Counted from the stretch's first letter, positions 20,022-29,236 are shown. The stretch: 64,000 nt of DNA from Candidatus Cloacimonadales bacterium (GCA_963665815.1 OY762463.1:736001-800000); one strand, 5' to 3'. The notes: a model not told the origin generated them from the letters alone. Translations and numbers: made by a program.

Positions 20022-20903
20022 CTAAACTTCAATTTCAGGTGGAATTGTAGAAAAATATACATGTTCCAGATCAGGTTGAGCCGTTTTAAACTCTTCAGCA
20101 GGTTTATCTTCGCTGTACACATGGATGAGTTGTTTCCCCATGAAGAGGCGTGTTGAAATAATCTGATAGCTTCTGTTATAATCTGGCAACTCATTCTTTT
20201 CTATCAGGCTTGACCAAACTTTTCCTTCAAGTTCATTGATTGCGTCGGCAGGATTACCTGTAACACGAACACTACCCTTGTTTATGATAGCCATATCCTT
20301 GCAGAGATCGCTGACATCATCCACAATGTGAGTTGAGAGAATAACTATCATGTTCTCCCCTATTTCACTGAGCAGATTGTGGAAGTGACGTCTTTCTTTA
20401 GGATCAAGACCTGCGGTAGGTTCATCCACAATGAGCAATTCCGGATTTCCGATCAGCGCTTGAGCAATCCCCAACCTCTGTTTCATACCACCGGAAAACC
20501 CACCGACTTTCTTTCTTCTGTGTTCATATAAGTTTGTTCTGTTAAGGAGAACTTTTACGAGCTCTTTTCTTTCTTTAGTATTGGAAACACCTTTGAGGAT
20601 TGCGAAGTGATCTAGCATGTCTTCAGCTTTGATCTTTGGATAGAAATCGAATTCCTGAGGGAGAAACCCCAGAACCTTGCGAACATCCTGTTTTTGTTTA
20701 AGCACATCCATACCGTTAAGTGTAACAGACCCTTCATCAGGATCCTGCAAAGTTGCGATAATTCTCATTAGAGTGGATTTCCCCGCACCATTAGGTCCGA
20801 GTAGTCCGAACATTCCGCTGTTGATAGTTAAATTAACGTCATTCAGAGCTTTGACACCGTTAGGATAGGTTTTTGAGAGACCGTTGATCACAAGCTGTTT
20901 CAT
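20022..20903 (-). CDS. ABC transporter ATP-binding protein
   Basis: Walker A GPNGAGKST, signature FSGGMKQR, Walker B LIVDEPT. The likely start is ATG 20903 (MKQLVING). Confidence 0.95.
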   Translation of the reverse strand: MKQLVINGLSKTYPNGVKALNDVNLTINSGMFGLLGPNGAGKSTLMRIIATLQDPDEGSVTLNGMDVLKQKQDVRKVLGFLPQEFDFYPKIKAEDMLDHFAILKGVSNTKERKELVKVLLNRTNLYEHRRKKVGGFSGGMKQRLGIAQALIGNPELLIVDEPTAGLDPKERRHFHNLLSEIGENMIVILSTHIVDDVSDLCKDMAIINKGSVRVTGNPADAINELEGKVWSSLIEKNELPDYNRSYQIISTRLFMGKQLIHVYSEDKPAEEFKTAQPDLEHVYFSTIPPEIEV

Positions 20904-21072
20904 AGTATTCCCCTTTGTTGTGTTATTCTTTTGGTGTACCACTACACCAGTACAGTAAATCTGTCAAGAGGAAAATATTTTTTTATTTGTTTTCAAAGAT
21001 TGTATGAGGTTATATTTTGCTTGCTTTGGATCCGGGAGAGAGGAAAGAAGAAAATCCCCCCGGTGGGTGGGT

Positions 21073-21576
21073 TTAATAAACTCCTTTGAATGACATAAAT
21101 GTGAAAAGATTATCAACATGACTAAATGTAGATTCAATCTTCTCTTTCAAGTAATCACGTTCTACGATTACTTTTTTGCTTGGGGGGCAATATGTTGTAT
21201 AGTTTAATGCAATATCCTTAAGTTTCTTGAATTCCTTAAGTAATAAACGGGTTTCTTCTGTAATGTCCTTATCATAGTTTAACATATTAATATTTCTGAT
21301 AACTACAACATAATTTTCAATATGATTAATGACTACTTCAACATTACCATTTTTACTACCATTATGGCAATTGAAGAAATTGGAGCGAAACTCTCTAAGA
21401 TGTTGTCTTCTGTTCCTGAACAGATTATATCCAGATGCAAAAGCCTGTGCTATGTTTTGATTTCTAATTATATTATGCGATTTAGTTGAAGTTATATATG
21501 CCACAATTATAGATATCAACGCACATATTGCTTGCACAATTAATGCTATATTAGAGAGAATACTGTTCATAGACAT
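21073..21576 (-). CDS. Hypothetical protein with one N-terminal TM helix
   Basis: 167-aa ORF with a GGAGG RBS and a hydrophobic N-terminus; no recognisable family. Confidence 0.65.
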   Translation of the reverse strand: MSMNSILSNIALIVQAICALISIIVAYITSTKSHNIIRNQNIAQAFASGYNLFRNRRQHLREFRSNFFNCHNGSKNGNVEVVINHIENYVVVIRNINMLNYDKDITEETRLLLKEFKKLKDIALNYTTYCPPSKKVIVERDYLKEKIESTFSHVDNLFTFMSFKGVY

Positions 21577-21622
21577 TTCCTCCGATTACAGTAATTTGAG
21601 TAAACTAGAGGATAAGGACTAA

Positions 21623-21674
21623 TGTCGTCAATCTAAAAATTCTCTGGAATTTTTGCGAACTTTTGGAAATGTGT
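21623..21674 (-). promoter_or_regulatory. Dispersed promoter-like module, copy A
   Basis: Reverse complement AACACATTTCCAAAAGTTCGCAAAAATTCCAGAGAATTTTTAGATTGACGACA is near-identical to 51790-51842 and partly to 51293-51336. Confidence 0.6.
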
Positions 21675-21684
21675 TTATTTGTAT

Positions 21685-21835
21685 CGAACCTTGATTCACC
21701 TGATTTTCCTGATTGCAGGATTATCTAATTCATAGCATCATCGGAGCGCAAAACTCACTGCCAGTTTCAGTTATTTTTAAATAGGATTTAACGAAATAAT
21801 CAAGTAATCCTTTAATCCTTATAATCATGGTTCAA
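21685..21835. repeat. ~150-bp hairpin (REP-like) repeat, copy 1; overlaps the 3' end of the GxxExxY gene
   Basis: GAACCTTGATT...AATCATGGTTC terminal inverted repeat with ~9-nt periodic GATT/AATC arms. Near-identical to 22219-22368 and 22454-22604. Confidence 0.9.
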
Positions 21836-22201
21836 GGAATTATTATGCACTCTTTTAAATTGTGGGCTCTTACTTCCGAAATTTAAAAGCAAACCAATCT
21901 CAAGGTTATATGCTTCCAAGTAGTTAATAGCCTGAGCAAGGTGCACATCATCAAGATTGGTTATTGCTTTTATCTCAACCATAATTCTGTTGTTTACAAA
22001 GAAATCGACCCGTCTTGTACCAACATCATATCCTTTGTATTTTATACACATCTCCTGCTCTCGAACATGATCTATTCCCTTAATTTTAAGCTCAATTGAA
22101 AGTGCCCTTTGGTAAACTACTTCCTGAAAGCCATTACCCAGAGTTTTGTGTACTTCCATTGCACACCCAATAATCTTATGTGTTAAGTCTTTGTGTTTCA
22201 C
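21812..22201 (-). CDS. GxxExxY protein (PD-(D/E)XK nuclease-like)
   Basis: IIGCAMEVHKTLGNGFQEVVYQRAL (GFQEVVY), RVDFFV...VEIKA, AQAINYL, GLLLNFG. GTG start after GGAGG. Confidence 0.93.
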   Translation of the reverse strand: MKHKDLTHKIIGCAMEVHKTLGNGFQEVVYQRALSIELKIKGIDHVREQEMCIKYKGYDVGTRRVDFFVNNRIMVEIKAITNLDDVHLAQAINYLEAYNLEIGLLLNFGSKSPQFKRVHNNSLNHDYKD

Positions 22202-22218
22202 ATAACCTCCATTTGTCC

Positions 22219-22368
22219 CGAACCTTGATTCACCTGATTTTCCTGATTGCAGGATTATCTAATGCTAAGCATCATCGGAGCGCAAAACTCACTGCCGGTT
22301 TCTGTTATTTTAAAACAGAATTTAGCGAAACAATCAAGTAATCCTTTAATCCTTTTAATCATGGTTCA
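22219..22368. repeat. ~150-bp hairpin repeat, copy 2
   Basis: Direct repeat of copy 1, immediately upstream of the GxxExxY RBS. Confidence 0.9.
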
Positions 22369-22453
22369 GATAATGAGATAATCCAATATATTGTGTACAT
22401 CGTGTCAATAATATTCAATTCTCATCAGTATTGACTAAATCCTTCTTCTGTCT

Positions 22454-22604
22454 CGAACCTTGATTCACCTGATTTTCCTGATTGCAGGATTATCTAATGC
22501 TAAGCATCATCGGAGCGCAAAACTCACTGCCAGTTTCAGTTATTTTAAAACAGAATTTAGCGAAAAAATCAAGTAATCCTTTAATCCTTTTAATCATGGT
22601 TCAA
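22454..22604. repeat. ~150-bp hairpin repeat, copy 3
   Basis: Direct repeat, separated from copy 2 by ~85 nt of unique sequence. Confidence 0.9.
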
Positions 22605-22790
22605 GAACGAATAATAATTGGAAAATTAGTAAAAAAAAATTAACTCACAAAGTAGGCATAACAGTCTTCTCCAGAAAACTATATTTTTTATGCCAATTTT
22701 TTATTGACAATATAATTCATTTTGTTATCAGTTTGTTAAATTTGTTAACTGCAATCATGGCATTTTATATATGTAAGGAAATGAGGAAAA

Positions 22791-23018
22791 ATGGAACATT
22801 ATTTTGATCTTAATCACGCTGTTAAGGCAAAGCACAAGGACTATCATTATTTATCTTACAAGTCTTACGACAAAGCAATCCATGAACTTAGTAAAGGTAA
22901 AAAGGTAACATTCGTAAAGGGAGACAATCAGTTTGTGTCCGTAACAAATCACGATGATTTCTATTTTTTTTTGAAACTTCTTGTTACCGGAGAAGCTGAA
23001 CATCCCAATAGCAATTGA
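22791..23018 (+). CDS. Small hypothetical protein
   Basis: 75-aa ORF with a GAGGA RBS and an upstream TTGACA. Confidence 0.55.
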   Translation: MEHYFDLNHAVKAKHKDYHYLSYKSYDKAIHELSKGKKVTFVKGDNQFVSVTNHDDFYFFLKLLVTGEAEHPNSN

Positions 23019-23039
23019 TTTCAAAACAGTTTGCAAAAG

Positions 23040-23945
23040 ACTTTGCATAGAAGTTAAATCAAACAGCTTTGGCTTATAGTTTCGATGAGATTTTGTTTTC
23101 ATCAAGAAAACATTATTGAAAGTCTTTATATATTAAAATTTGATGAAACAGAAAATCGAGTCAACTATCTCTTATATGCAAAGGTATGAGAACTTTGCAA
23201 AGAAGTTAAATCAAACAGCTTTGGCTTATAATTTCGATGAGATTTTGTTTTCATCAAGAAAACATTATTGAAAGTCTTTATATATTAAAATTTGATGAAA
23301 CAGAAAATCGAGTCAACTATCTCTTATATGCAAAGGTATGAGAACTTTGCATAGAAGTTAAATCAAACAGCTTTGGCTTATAATTTCGATGAGATTTTGT
23401 TTTCATCAAGAAAACATTTTTGAAAGTTCTTAATAGATTGAAAATTGATGAAATAGAAAATCGAGTCAACTATTTCTTATATGCAAAGGTATGAGAACTT
23501 TGCATAGAAGTTAAATCAAACAGCTTTGGCTTATAGTTTCGATGAGATTTTGTTTTCATCAAGAAAACATTATTGAAAGTCTTTATAGATTGAAAATTGA
23601 TGAAATAGAAAATCGAGTCAACTATTTCTTATATGCAAAGGTATGAGAACTTTGCATAGAAGTTAAATCAAACAGCTTTGGCTTATAGTTTCGATGAGAT
23701 TTTGTTTTCATCAAGAAAACATTATTGAAAGTCTTTATAGATTAAAATTTGATGAAACAGAAAATCGAGTCAACTATCTCTTATATGCAAAGGTATGAGA
23801 ACTTTGCATAGAAGTTAAATCAAACAGCTTTGGCTTATAGTTTCGATGAGATTTTGTTTTCATCAAGAAAACATTTTTGAAAGTCTTTATATATTAAAAT
23901 TTGATGAAACAGAAAATCGAGTCAACTATCTCTTATATGCAAAGG
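23040..23945. repeat. Tandem array of 6 x ~152-bp MITE-like palindromic units
   Basis: Units start at 23040, 23192, 23344, 23497, 23649 and 23801. Each is bounded by the inverted repeat CTTTGCATAGAAG...CTTATATGCAAAG (unit 2 begins CTTTGCAAAG). Confidence 0.93.
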
Positions 23946-23960
23946 CTTCAAAATCATCAA

Positions 23961-23990
23961 AAGCCCATCGTGAAGGTGGGCTTAGTTTTT
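23961..23990. terminator. Probable bidirectional terminator
   Basis: AAGCCCATC-GTGAA-GGTGGGCTT with flanking A/T runs, just past the GT2 stop codon. Confidence 0.6.
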
Positions 23991-24019
23991 TAAGACAATA
24001 TAATTATTTTAAATATTAG

Positions 24020-25003
24020 TTATCTGTGATACGGCAGTCTCAGCTTCAAGCCAAGTGTTCTGAAAACCTTATTCATTCCTCTACGCAAAATGTAACAGAT
24101 AAAAAGCTGAGTTCGGTTTATCCTGTGTAAACTGTCAAGAAGCTTCATATTCTCACAATCACCATAAAACTCTTTGAACTTCAGATATGCATCATCGAAT
24201 GAAAAAGTTCTTTTCCCGGTAACCTTGTTAAAGATTTTAAAATTCATCATGTGAAAATCAAGTACAAGTTTGAGCACATTATTTTTAAACAAACTGTAGT
24301 CATTGTCAGAAATACAACCGAGTGATTTCCCATATTTCAGGCATTGCTCAATATCATAAGTCCAGGATTCAACAAGGTTGTACGAAAATTTGCCTGGAAT
24401 ACTCCTGAAAGATTCACCTTTAATCTGAAATGCCTTTTTAGAATGTAAAAATGTAGTCAATACAAGAGCAAAACCAAGAAATGAATTACTTTTGAATTCA
24501 GAAAATACTGATGAATCCTTTTCTTTATTATTGTTAAAGATACAGGAACTTATCAGAGTCATTTTATAGTTAAACTCATGGAAACAGTCCTCAAAAGTAG
24601 TCTCAATGATTTCTTCTTCCCCACGATTAGCAAGAAAGATATAAGCAAAATTATCTGAGTCATCAATGATATTTAGAATCTTGCCCAGGAGACTATCTGC
24701 AATCCTTTCATTATCCGAAAGAATCCAGATGTATTTCCCTTTCGCTAATTCCTTCACTTTCTTAAAGTTTCCAAAATATCCGGTATTTTCCCTCTGACGA
24801 TAATGAACAATATTCAACTCTGCATTTCTATTAACATGTTTCAATATAACTTCATTTGTCGAATCTGTTGAAGCATTATCAGAGACAATTAATTCGATTC
24901 TCTGACCAAAGGGTTTTATGTACTCTATTATTTCTTTCAGTGACTGGTCAAGAATCTCAGCCCTGTTCCATGTAGGTATTGCAACAGTTAAATCTATCTG
25001 CAA
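24020..25003 (-). CDS. Glycosyltransferase family 2, probable 3,6-dideoxyhexosyltransferase
   Basis: LTVAIPTWNRA, IVSDNASTD, NTGYFGN, GKYIWILSD; last gene of the CDP-dideoxysugar cluster. Confidence 0.85.
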   Translation of the reverse strand: MQIDLTVAIPTWNRAEILDQSLKEIIEYIKPFGQRIELIVSDNASTDSTNEVILKHVNRNAELNIVHYRQRENTGYFGNFKKVKELAKGKYIWILSDNERIADSLLGKILNIIDDSDNFAYIFLANRGEEEIIETTFEDCFHEFNYKMTLISSCIFNNNKEKDSSVFSEFKSNSFLGFALVLTTFLHSKKAFQIKGESFRSIPGKFSYNLVESWTYDIEQCLKYGKSLGCISDNDYSLFKNNVLKLVLDFHMMNFKIFNKVTGKRTFSFDDAYLKFKEFYGDCENMKLLDSLHRINRTQLFICYILRRGMNKVFRTLGLKLRLPYHR

Positions 25004-25045
25004 ACATTCCTCCGGTTTATAAATCGAGTAATTACTGTTAAGACA

Positions 25046-25765
25046 CTACTCCCAGTCATCAATAATTATTTTTTCTTCAGATACACCTTTTCCCTTAAGA
25101 AAAGAGTTAAAGTTTTTAATCATTTCAACAGGACCGGAAAGGTAGAAGGCAGGATTTTCCATATCTGCACATTTATTATAAATATCTTCAATATCTATTA
25201 TACCTTCTGTGAATTCAGAGTTTTCAGCAGAATTCTCACAATAAACAGTCATGTTAAAGTTCTTCAGCTTTTGATCTATCTCCTTCAATGTTTCATTGAA
25301 AAAATTCTGATCAGGAGTCCTGATACCATAATAAAGCTTATAGTTCTTCTCAGAATTAACATCTATTCCATAAAGAAGAATTGAAAGGAAAGGAGTTATC
25401 CCTGTACCTCCGGCAACCAGAATATGGTCTGAGGCATCAGGTACTTCCAGAAAACTGCCATAAGGGAACTTCAACCATAACTTACTGCCAAGCTTTATCT
25501 CATCAAACATTTTTGTGGTATATCGACCTTTAACAGCATAAGTAATGCTTATCTGAGCTTTATTCTTAGGGGAACTTGATATGGAAAAAACTCTTGATTC
25601 CGGCCATTGAGCACTTGGATCATAATCTGACAATGTCAGATGCAGAAACTGCCCTGGTTTAAATCTGGGCATTCTGGATAGAGGTTTCATACCAATTGTA
25701 CTGACTGAATCTGTATGGTGAATCAGCTCAGTTACTTCTACCTGAACTTTATATGGATTAGCCAA
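25046..25765 (-). CDS. FAD/NAD(P)-binding oxidoreductase (FNR-like); probable E3-type partner of RfbH, without a ferredoxin domain
   Basis: FKPGQF, SRVFSISS, PYGSF, AGGTGITPF, YLSGP. TTG start at 25765 follows GAGGAG. Confidence 0.8.
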   Translation of the reverse strand: MANPYKVQVEVTELIHHTDSVSTIGMKPLSRMPRFKPGQFLHLTLSDYDPSAQWPESRVFSISSSPKNKAQISITYAVKGRYTTKMFDEIKLGSKLWLKFPYGSFLEVPDASDHILVAGGTGITPFLSILLYGIDVNSEKNYKLYYGIRTPDQNFFNETLKEIDQKLKNFNMTVYCENSAENSEFTEGIIDIEDIYNKCADMENPAFYLSGPVEMIKNFNSFLKGKGVSEEKIIIDDWE

Positions 25766-25766
25766 A

Positions 25767-27077
25767 CTATTTCTCCTCGAAAAACTTCTTGAATGATTCA
25801 ATAATATATATCATCTTCTCTTCAGTCATTCCCGGATACAATCCAATAAAGAATGTATTGTTCATTGCAAAATCAGTATTTTCAAGATCAGATACTGTTC
25901 TGTGTTTGATATTAAGGTAAGCTGGTTGTCTGAGAATGTTTCCGCAGAAAAGATTTCTTGTTTCTATTCTACAGCCGTTCAGATATTTTGTAAGATCGTC
26001 TCTAGTGAATACGGCGTCATCTTTAACTGAAAGAATGAAAACAAACCAGGATGGATCAGAATTCTCTGTCGCACGAGGTAGTATCAGTTTATCTTCAAAT
26101 TGTTTTAAACCTTCATACAGGAATTTGAAATTACTCTTTCTTTTAGCAGTAAATGAGTCGATTTTATCCATCTGAGAAGCACCAATAGCTGCCTGCATGT
26201 CAGTCATTTTTAAATTATAACCAATATGACTGTATACATATTTATGATCATAGCCAAGAGGTAACTCACCATATTTCTGGGTAAATCTTTTTCCACATGT
26301 ATCGTTCTCACCGCCGGCACAATAACAGTCTCTACCCCAGTCTCTGAATGACCTTGCTATTTTTGCAAGAAGCTCATCGTTTGTTACCACTGCTCCGCCT
26401 TCACCGGTTGTAATATGGTGTGCAGGATAGAATGATAAGGTTGCCAGGTGTCCAAATGTACCTGTCAGTTGACCGTCATATGTACTTCCGAGAGCATCAC
26501 AATTATCTTCAATTAGCCAGAGATCATTTTCTTCAACAATCTTTGTTATTGCTCCAAGATCAATAGGATTTCCAAGAGTATGTGCGATAAATATAGCTCT
26601 TGTTTTATCTGATAATGCTTTTCTGACTTCATCAATAATAACATTATATGTACCAATTTCTACATCAACAAAAACAGGAATAAGTCCATTCTGAATTATT
26701 GGAGCAACTGTTGCAGGAAATCCGGCAGCAACTGTAATAACTTCATCTCCTGGCTTAAGTGCTTTATCACCAAGTTTTTCTGATGTAAGCGTACTCATTG
26801 CAACCAGATTAGCAGATGATCCTGAGTTTGTTAAAATAACATCAGATACATCAAGATAGTCTGATAATGCCATTTCAAAGTCCTGACTGAACCTACCTGA
26901 TGTAAGCCAGAAATCCAGAGATGAATCAACAAGGTTAGTAAGTTCTTTTTCATCAAACATTCTGCCTGCATAGTTTACCAATGTTTCTCCAGGTATAAAA
27001 TCCGCAGGTTTGAAAGCTTCTTTGTAATACTCAACAACTAATTCACGAATCTTTCCACGAATCTGATCTTTATTCAT
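25767..27077 (-). CDS. rfbH: CDP-4-keto-6-deoxy-D-glucose 3-dehydratase (E1/DdhC)
   Basis: SFYPAHHITTGEGG (His replaces the PLP Lys), RDWGRDCYC...DTCG Fe-S motif, YDHKY. Confidence 0.95.
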   Translation of the reverse strand: MNKDQIRGKIRELVVEYYKEAFKPADFIPGETLVNYAGRMFDEKELTNLVDSSLDFWLTSGRFSQDFEMALSDYLDVSDVILTNSGSSANLVAMSTLTSEKLGDKALKPGDEVITVAAGFPATVAPIIQNGLIPVFVDVEIGTYNVIIDEVRKALSDKTRAIFIAHTLGNPIDLGAITKIVEENDLWLIEDNCDALGSTYDGQLTGTFGHLATLSFYPAHHITTGEGGAVVTNDELLAKIARSFRDWGRDCYCAGGENDTCGKRFTQKYGELPLGYDHKYVYSHIGYNLKMTDMQAAIGASQMDKIDSFTAKRKSNFKFLYEGLKQFEDKLILPRATENSDPSWFVFILSVKDDAVFTRDDLTKYLNGCRIETRNLFCGNILRQPAYLNIKHRTVSDLENTDFAMNNTFFIGLYPGMTEEKMIYIIESFKKFFEEK

Positions 27078-27969
27078 AATTTATTTTCCTTTTGTAGATA
27101 TTTTTTATTCCAGTTTCAAAATTTACTTTTGCTTCCCAATCCGGTATCGGTTTTCCCGGAAATTCAGGCTTCATAAATTCCATTTCCCTGTACGGGAAAG
27201 CACCCCAATCTATATTTAGTTTCACATTAAGGGTTTTTTCAAAAATTTCTGCATACTCCCTGAGTGTTTTTTCTTCAATTGCCGAAAGGTGATAAACTCC
27301 ACCATTCTCAATCCTGCTATCATCAGCACTAAGCAATTCTGTCATTTTTTTGTATGCTCTAACAATATCCTCAACATAGTGAAGACTTAGCTTCTGACCA
27401 CCCGGTGACATTTTCAGTTTACGCTCTGTATCTGCAATATCAAACCAAAGGTTGATCAGTTTAGACCTTACATCATCAGGTCCATAGTTATCACCCAGTC
27501 TGACAGTTACAAACTTCAAAGAATTGTTTCGGTAATATGAGACTGCAATATCCTCTAATGCCTGCTTTGTTGCGGCATAGAGATTCACAGGATAATAGAC
27601 TTCACCTTCAAAATTCTGCCAGTAGCTTCCGGTGTTTATAAACCACTTGACGTTATCAGAAACGGCATAATCAAGCAGCCAGGTTGGAAAAAGTACATTA
27701 GCCCTGATAATAGACTCGATTTGCTCATATTTATGTTTATTCACAACTTGAGATGCAAGATGAATTATTCCCTCAGGAGAAAAATTCTTCAGATGTTTCA
27801 GCAATGACTCAGATTGTCCATTCCAGACAAACAAATCAACTGACATATCATTAAAGAATTCAAGTGATTCTCCAGGCAGGCATATTCCTGAGATTTCATG
27901 ATCTCTGCAAAGAGATTCTGCAACATGTTTTCCGATAAATCCGGTTATTCCGGTAATAAGTATTTTCAT
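27070..27969 (-). CDS. NAD-dependent 4-reductase/epimerase (CDP-abequose/paratose synthase-like)
   Basis: ITGITGFIG, FINTGSYWQ, YAATK, NYGPDD, WGAFPYREME; lies between rfbG and rfbH. Confidence 0.8.
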   Translation of the reverse strand: MKILITGITGFIGKHVAESLCRDHEISGICLPGESLEFFNDMSVDLFVWNGQSESLLKHLKNFSPEGIIHLASQVVNKHKYEQIESIIRANVLFPTWLLDYAVSDNVKWFINTGSYWQNFEGEVYYPVNLYAATKQALEDIAVSYYRNNSLKFVTVRLGDNYGPDDVRSKLINLWFDIADTERKLKMSPGGQKLSLHYVEDIVRAYKKMTELLSADDSRIENGGVYHLSAIEEKTLREYAEIFEKTLNVKLNIDWGAFPYREMEFMKPEFPGKPIPDWEAKVNFETGIKNIYKRKINYE

Positions 27970-28005
27970 AGAGATCCAACCAGATAATATTTTTATAAAT
28001 CTAAA

Positions 28006-28117
28006 AATCTCTGCATAATTGGGATAGTTGACCCGATTTTGTAATTCATCAAATTCTGACTAAAAATACGCTTCACTATATCTAAGCTATTTGATTCTGT
28101 TATTATGCAAAAATCTC
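28006..28117 (-). repeat. Diverged, shortened solo copy of the 152-bp MITE-like unit, inverted
   Basis: CTGCATAA..GATAGTTGACCCGATTTT..TTCATCAAATT..AAGCTATTTGATT..TATGCAAA matches the reverse complement of the 23040 unit (TTGCATATAAGAGATAGTTGACTCGATTTT..TTCATCAAATT..AAGCTGTTTGATT..TATGCAAAG). Confidence 0.7.
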
Positions 28118-28126
28118 AAATCTATA

Positions 28127-29224
28127 CTATTTTGTCCAGGCAATGTTCTTTGATACGGCAGTGTTCAGAAATTCATTCAGATCTGATTCAGTACTGATAA
28201 CACCGTTTTCATAATAGTTCTTATACCATTCGACAGTTTTTCTGAAAGTATCTTCGGCATTCCAGACACTTTTCCAGTTGAGTTTATGGTTTGCCTTCGA
28301 ACAATCAAGTTTCAGCAATCCTGCTTCATGAGGGATGTCATCCAGATTAAGCAGTGTATAGTTAATTTTATCCCAGTATTTTCCGGAATACTCCACAACA
28401 CTTTTAACTGTAATTGTTCCTTCCTGATCAGGTCCAAAGTTCCAGGCTTCTGCAAAGCTTTCTTTTTCTTCGAGGAGTTTCTGACCCAGCATCAGGTAAC
28501 CACTCAGAGGTTCCAGTACATGCTGCCACGGTCTTGTTGCATAAGGACTTCTTATCACAACTTTTTCACCAACAGAAGCAGCTCGCATGATATCAGGAAC
28601 AAGTCTGTCAAGAGCCCAGTCTCCACCACCGATTACATTTCCAGCTCTACTGCTTGCTAAAAGAAGATTATGGTCTTTTTTGTATTTACTGATATTAAAG
28701 AAAGAATTTCTGTATGCAGATGTTACAAGTTCAGAACAACCTTTTGAAACAGAATACGGATCATAGCCACCAACTGGATCATTTTCTCTGTATCCCCAAA
28801 CCCACTCTTTATTTTCGTAGCATTTGTCGCTTGTAATATTCACTATAGCTTTAACAGAATTAGTATTCCTTGCAGCTTCAAAAACATTTGCTGTACCAAT
28901 AATGTTTACTTCGAGAGTCTCTACCGGAATGCTGTAAGAAAGTCTTACTAGTGGCTGAGCAGCTAAGTGAAAAATTATTTCGGGTTCAAATTCACAGATT
29001 GTACTTTCAATAAGTTCCTTGTTTCGAACGTCGCCAATAACAGTTTTAATGTCAAGATTCAGAAGCTCGAAGTGGCTGGGATCTGTAGGTGCTTCGAGAG
29101 AATAACCCAGAATCTCAGCTCCCATATTTTTTAACCAGAAACATAACCAGGAACCTTTAAATCCCGTATGACCTGTTACAAGTACTTTTCTCCCTTTATA
29201 TATGTTGTTAAAATATTTACTCAA
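28127..29224 (-). CDS. rfbG: CDP-glucose 4,6-dehydratase
   Basis: VTGHTGFKGSWL, HLAAQPLVR, ITSDKCYEN, DPYSVSK, RAGNVIGGGDW, RPWQHVLEPL. Confidence 0.96.
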   Translation of the reverse strand: MSKYFNNIYKGRKVLVTGHTGFKGSWLCFWLKNMGAEILGYSLEAPTDPSHFELLNLDIKTVIGDVRNKELIESTICEFEPEIIFHLAAQPLVRLSYSIPVETLEVNIIGTANVFEAARNTNSVKAIVNITSDKCYENKEWVWGYRENDPVGGYDPYSVSKGCSELVTSAYRNSFFNISKYKKDHNLLLASSRAGNVIGGGDWALDRLVPDIMRAASVGEKVVIRSPYATRPWQHVLEPLSGYLMLGQKLLEEKESFAEAWNFGPDQEGTITVKSVVEYSGKYWDKINYTLLNLDDIPHEAGLLKLDCSKANHKLNWKSVWNAEDTFRKTVEWYKNYYENGVISTESDLNEFLNTAVSKNIAWTK

Positions 29225-29236
29225 AAGAACTCCTGT

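Noticed and set aside
21685-22604. Integron attC sites (AAC...GTT ends flanking a gene)
   Set aside because: The ends are GTTCA/GTTCG rather than GTTRRRY, I see no clear L-box with extrahelical bases, and there is no integrase in the window. IntegronFinder would settle it.
23040-23945. Possible CRISPR array
   Set aside because: The units are repeated over their whole 152 bp with no unique spacers, and there are no cas genes in the window.
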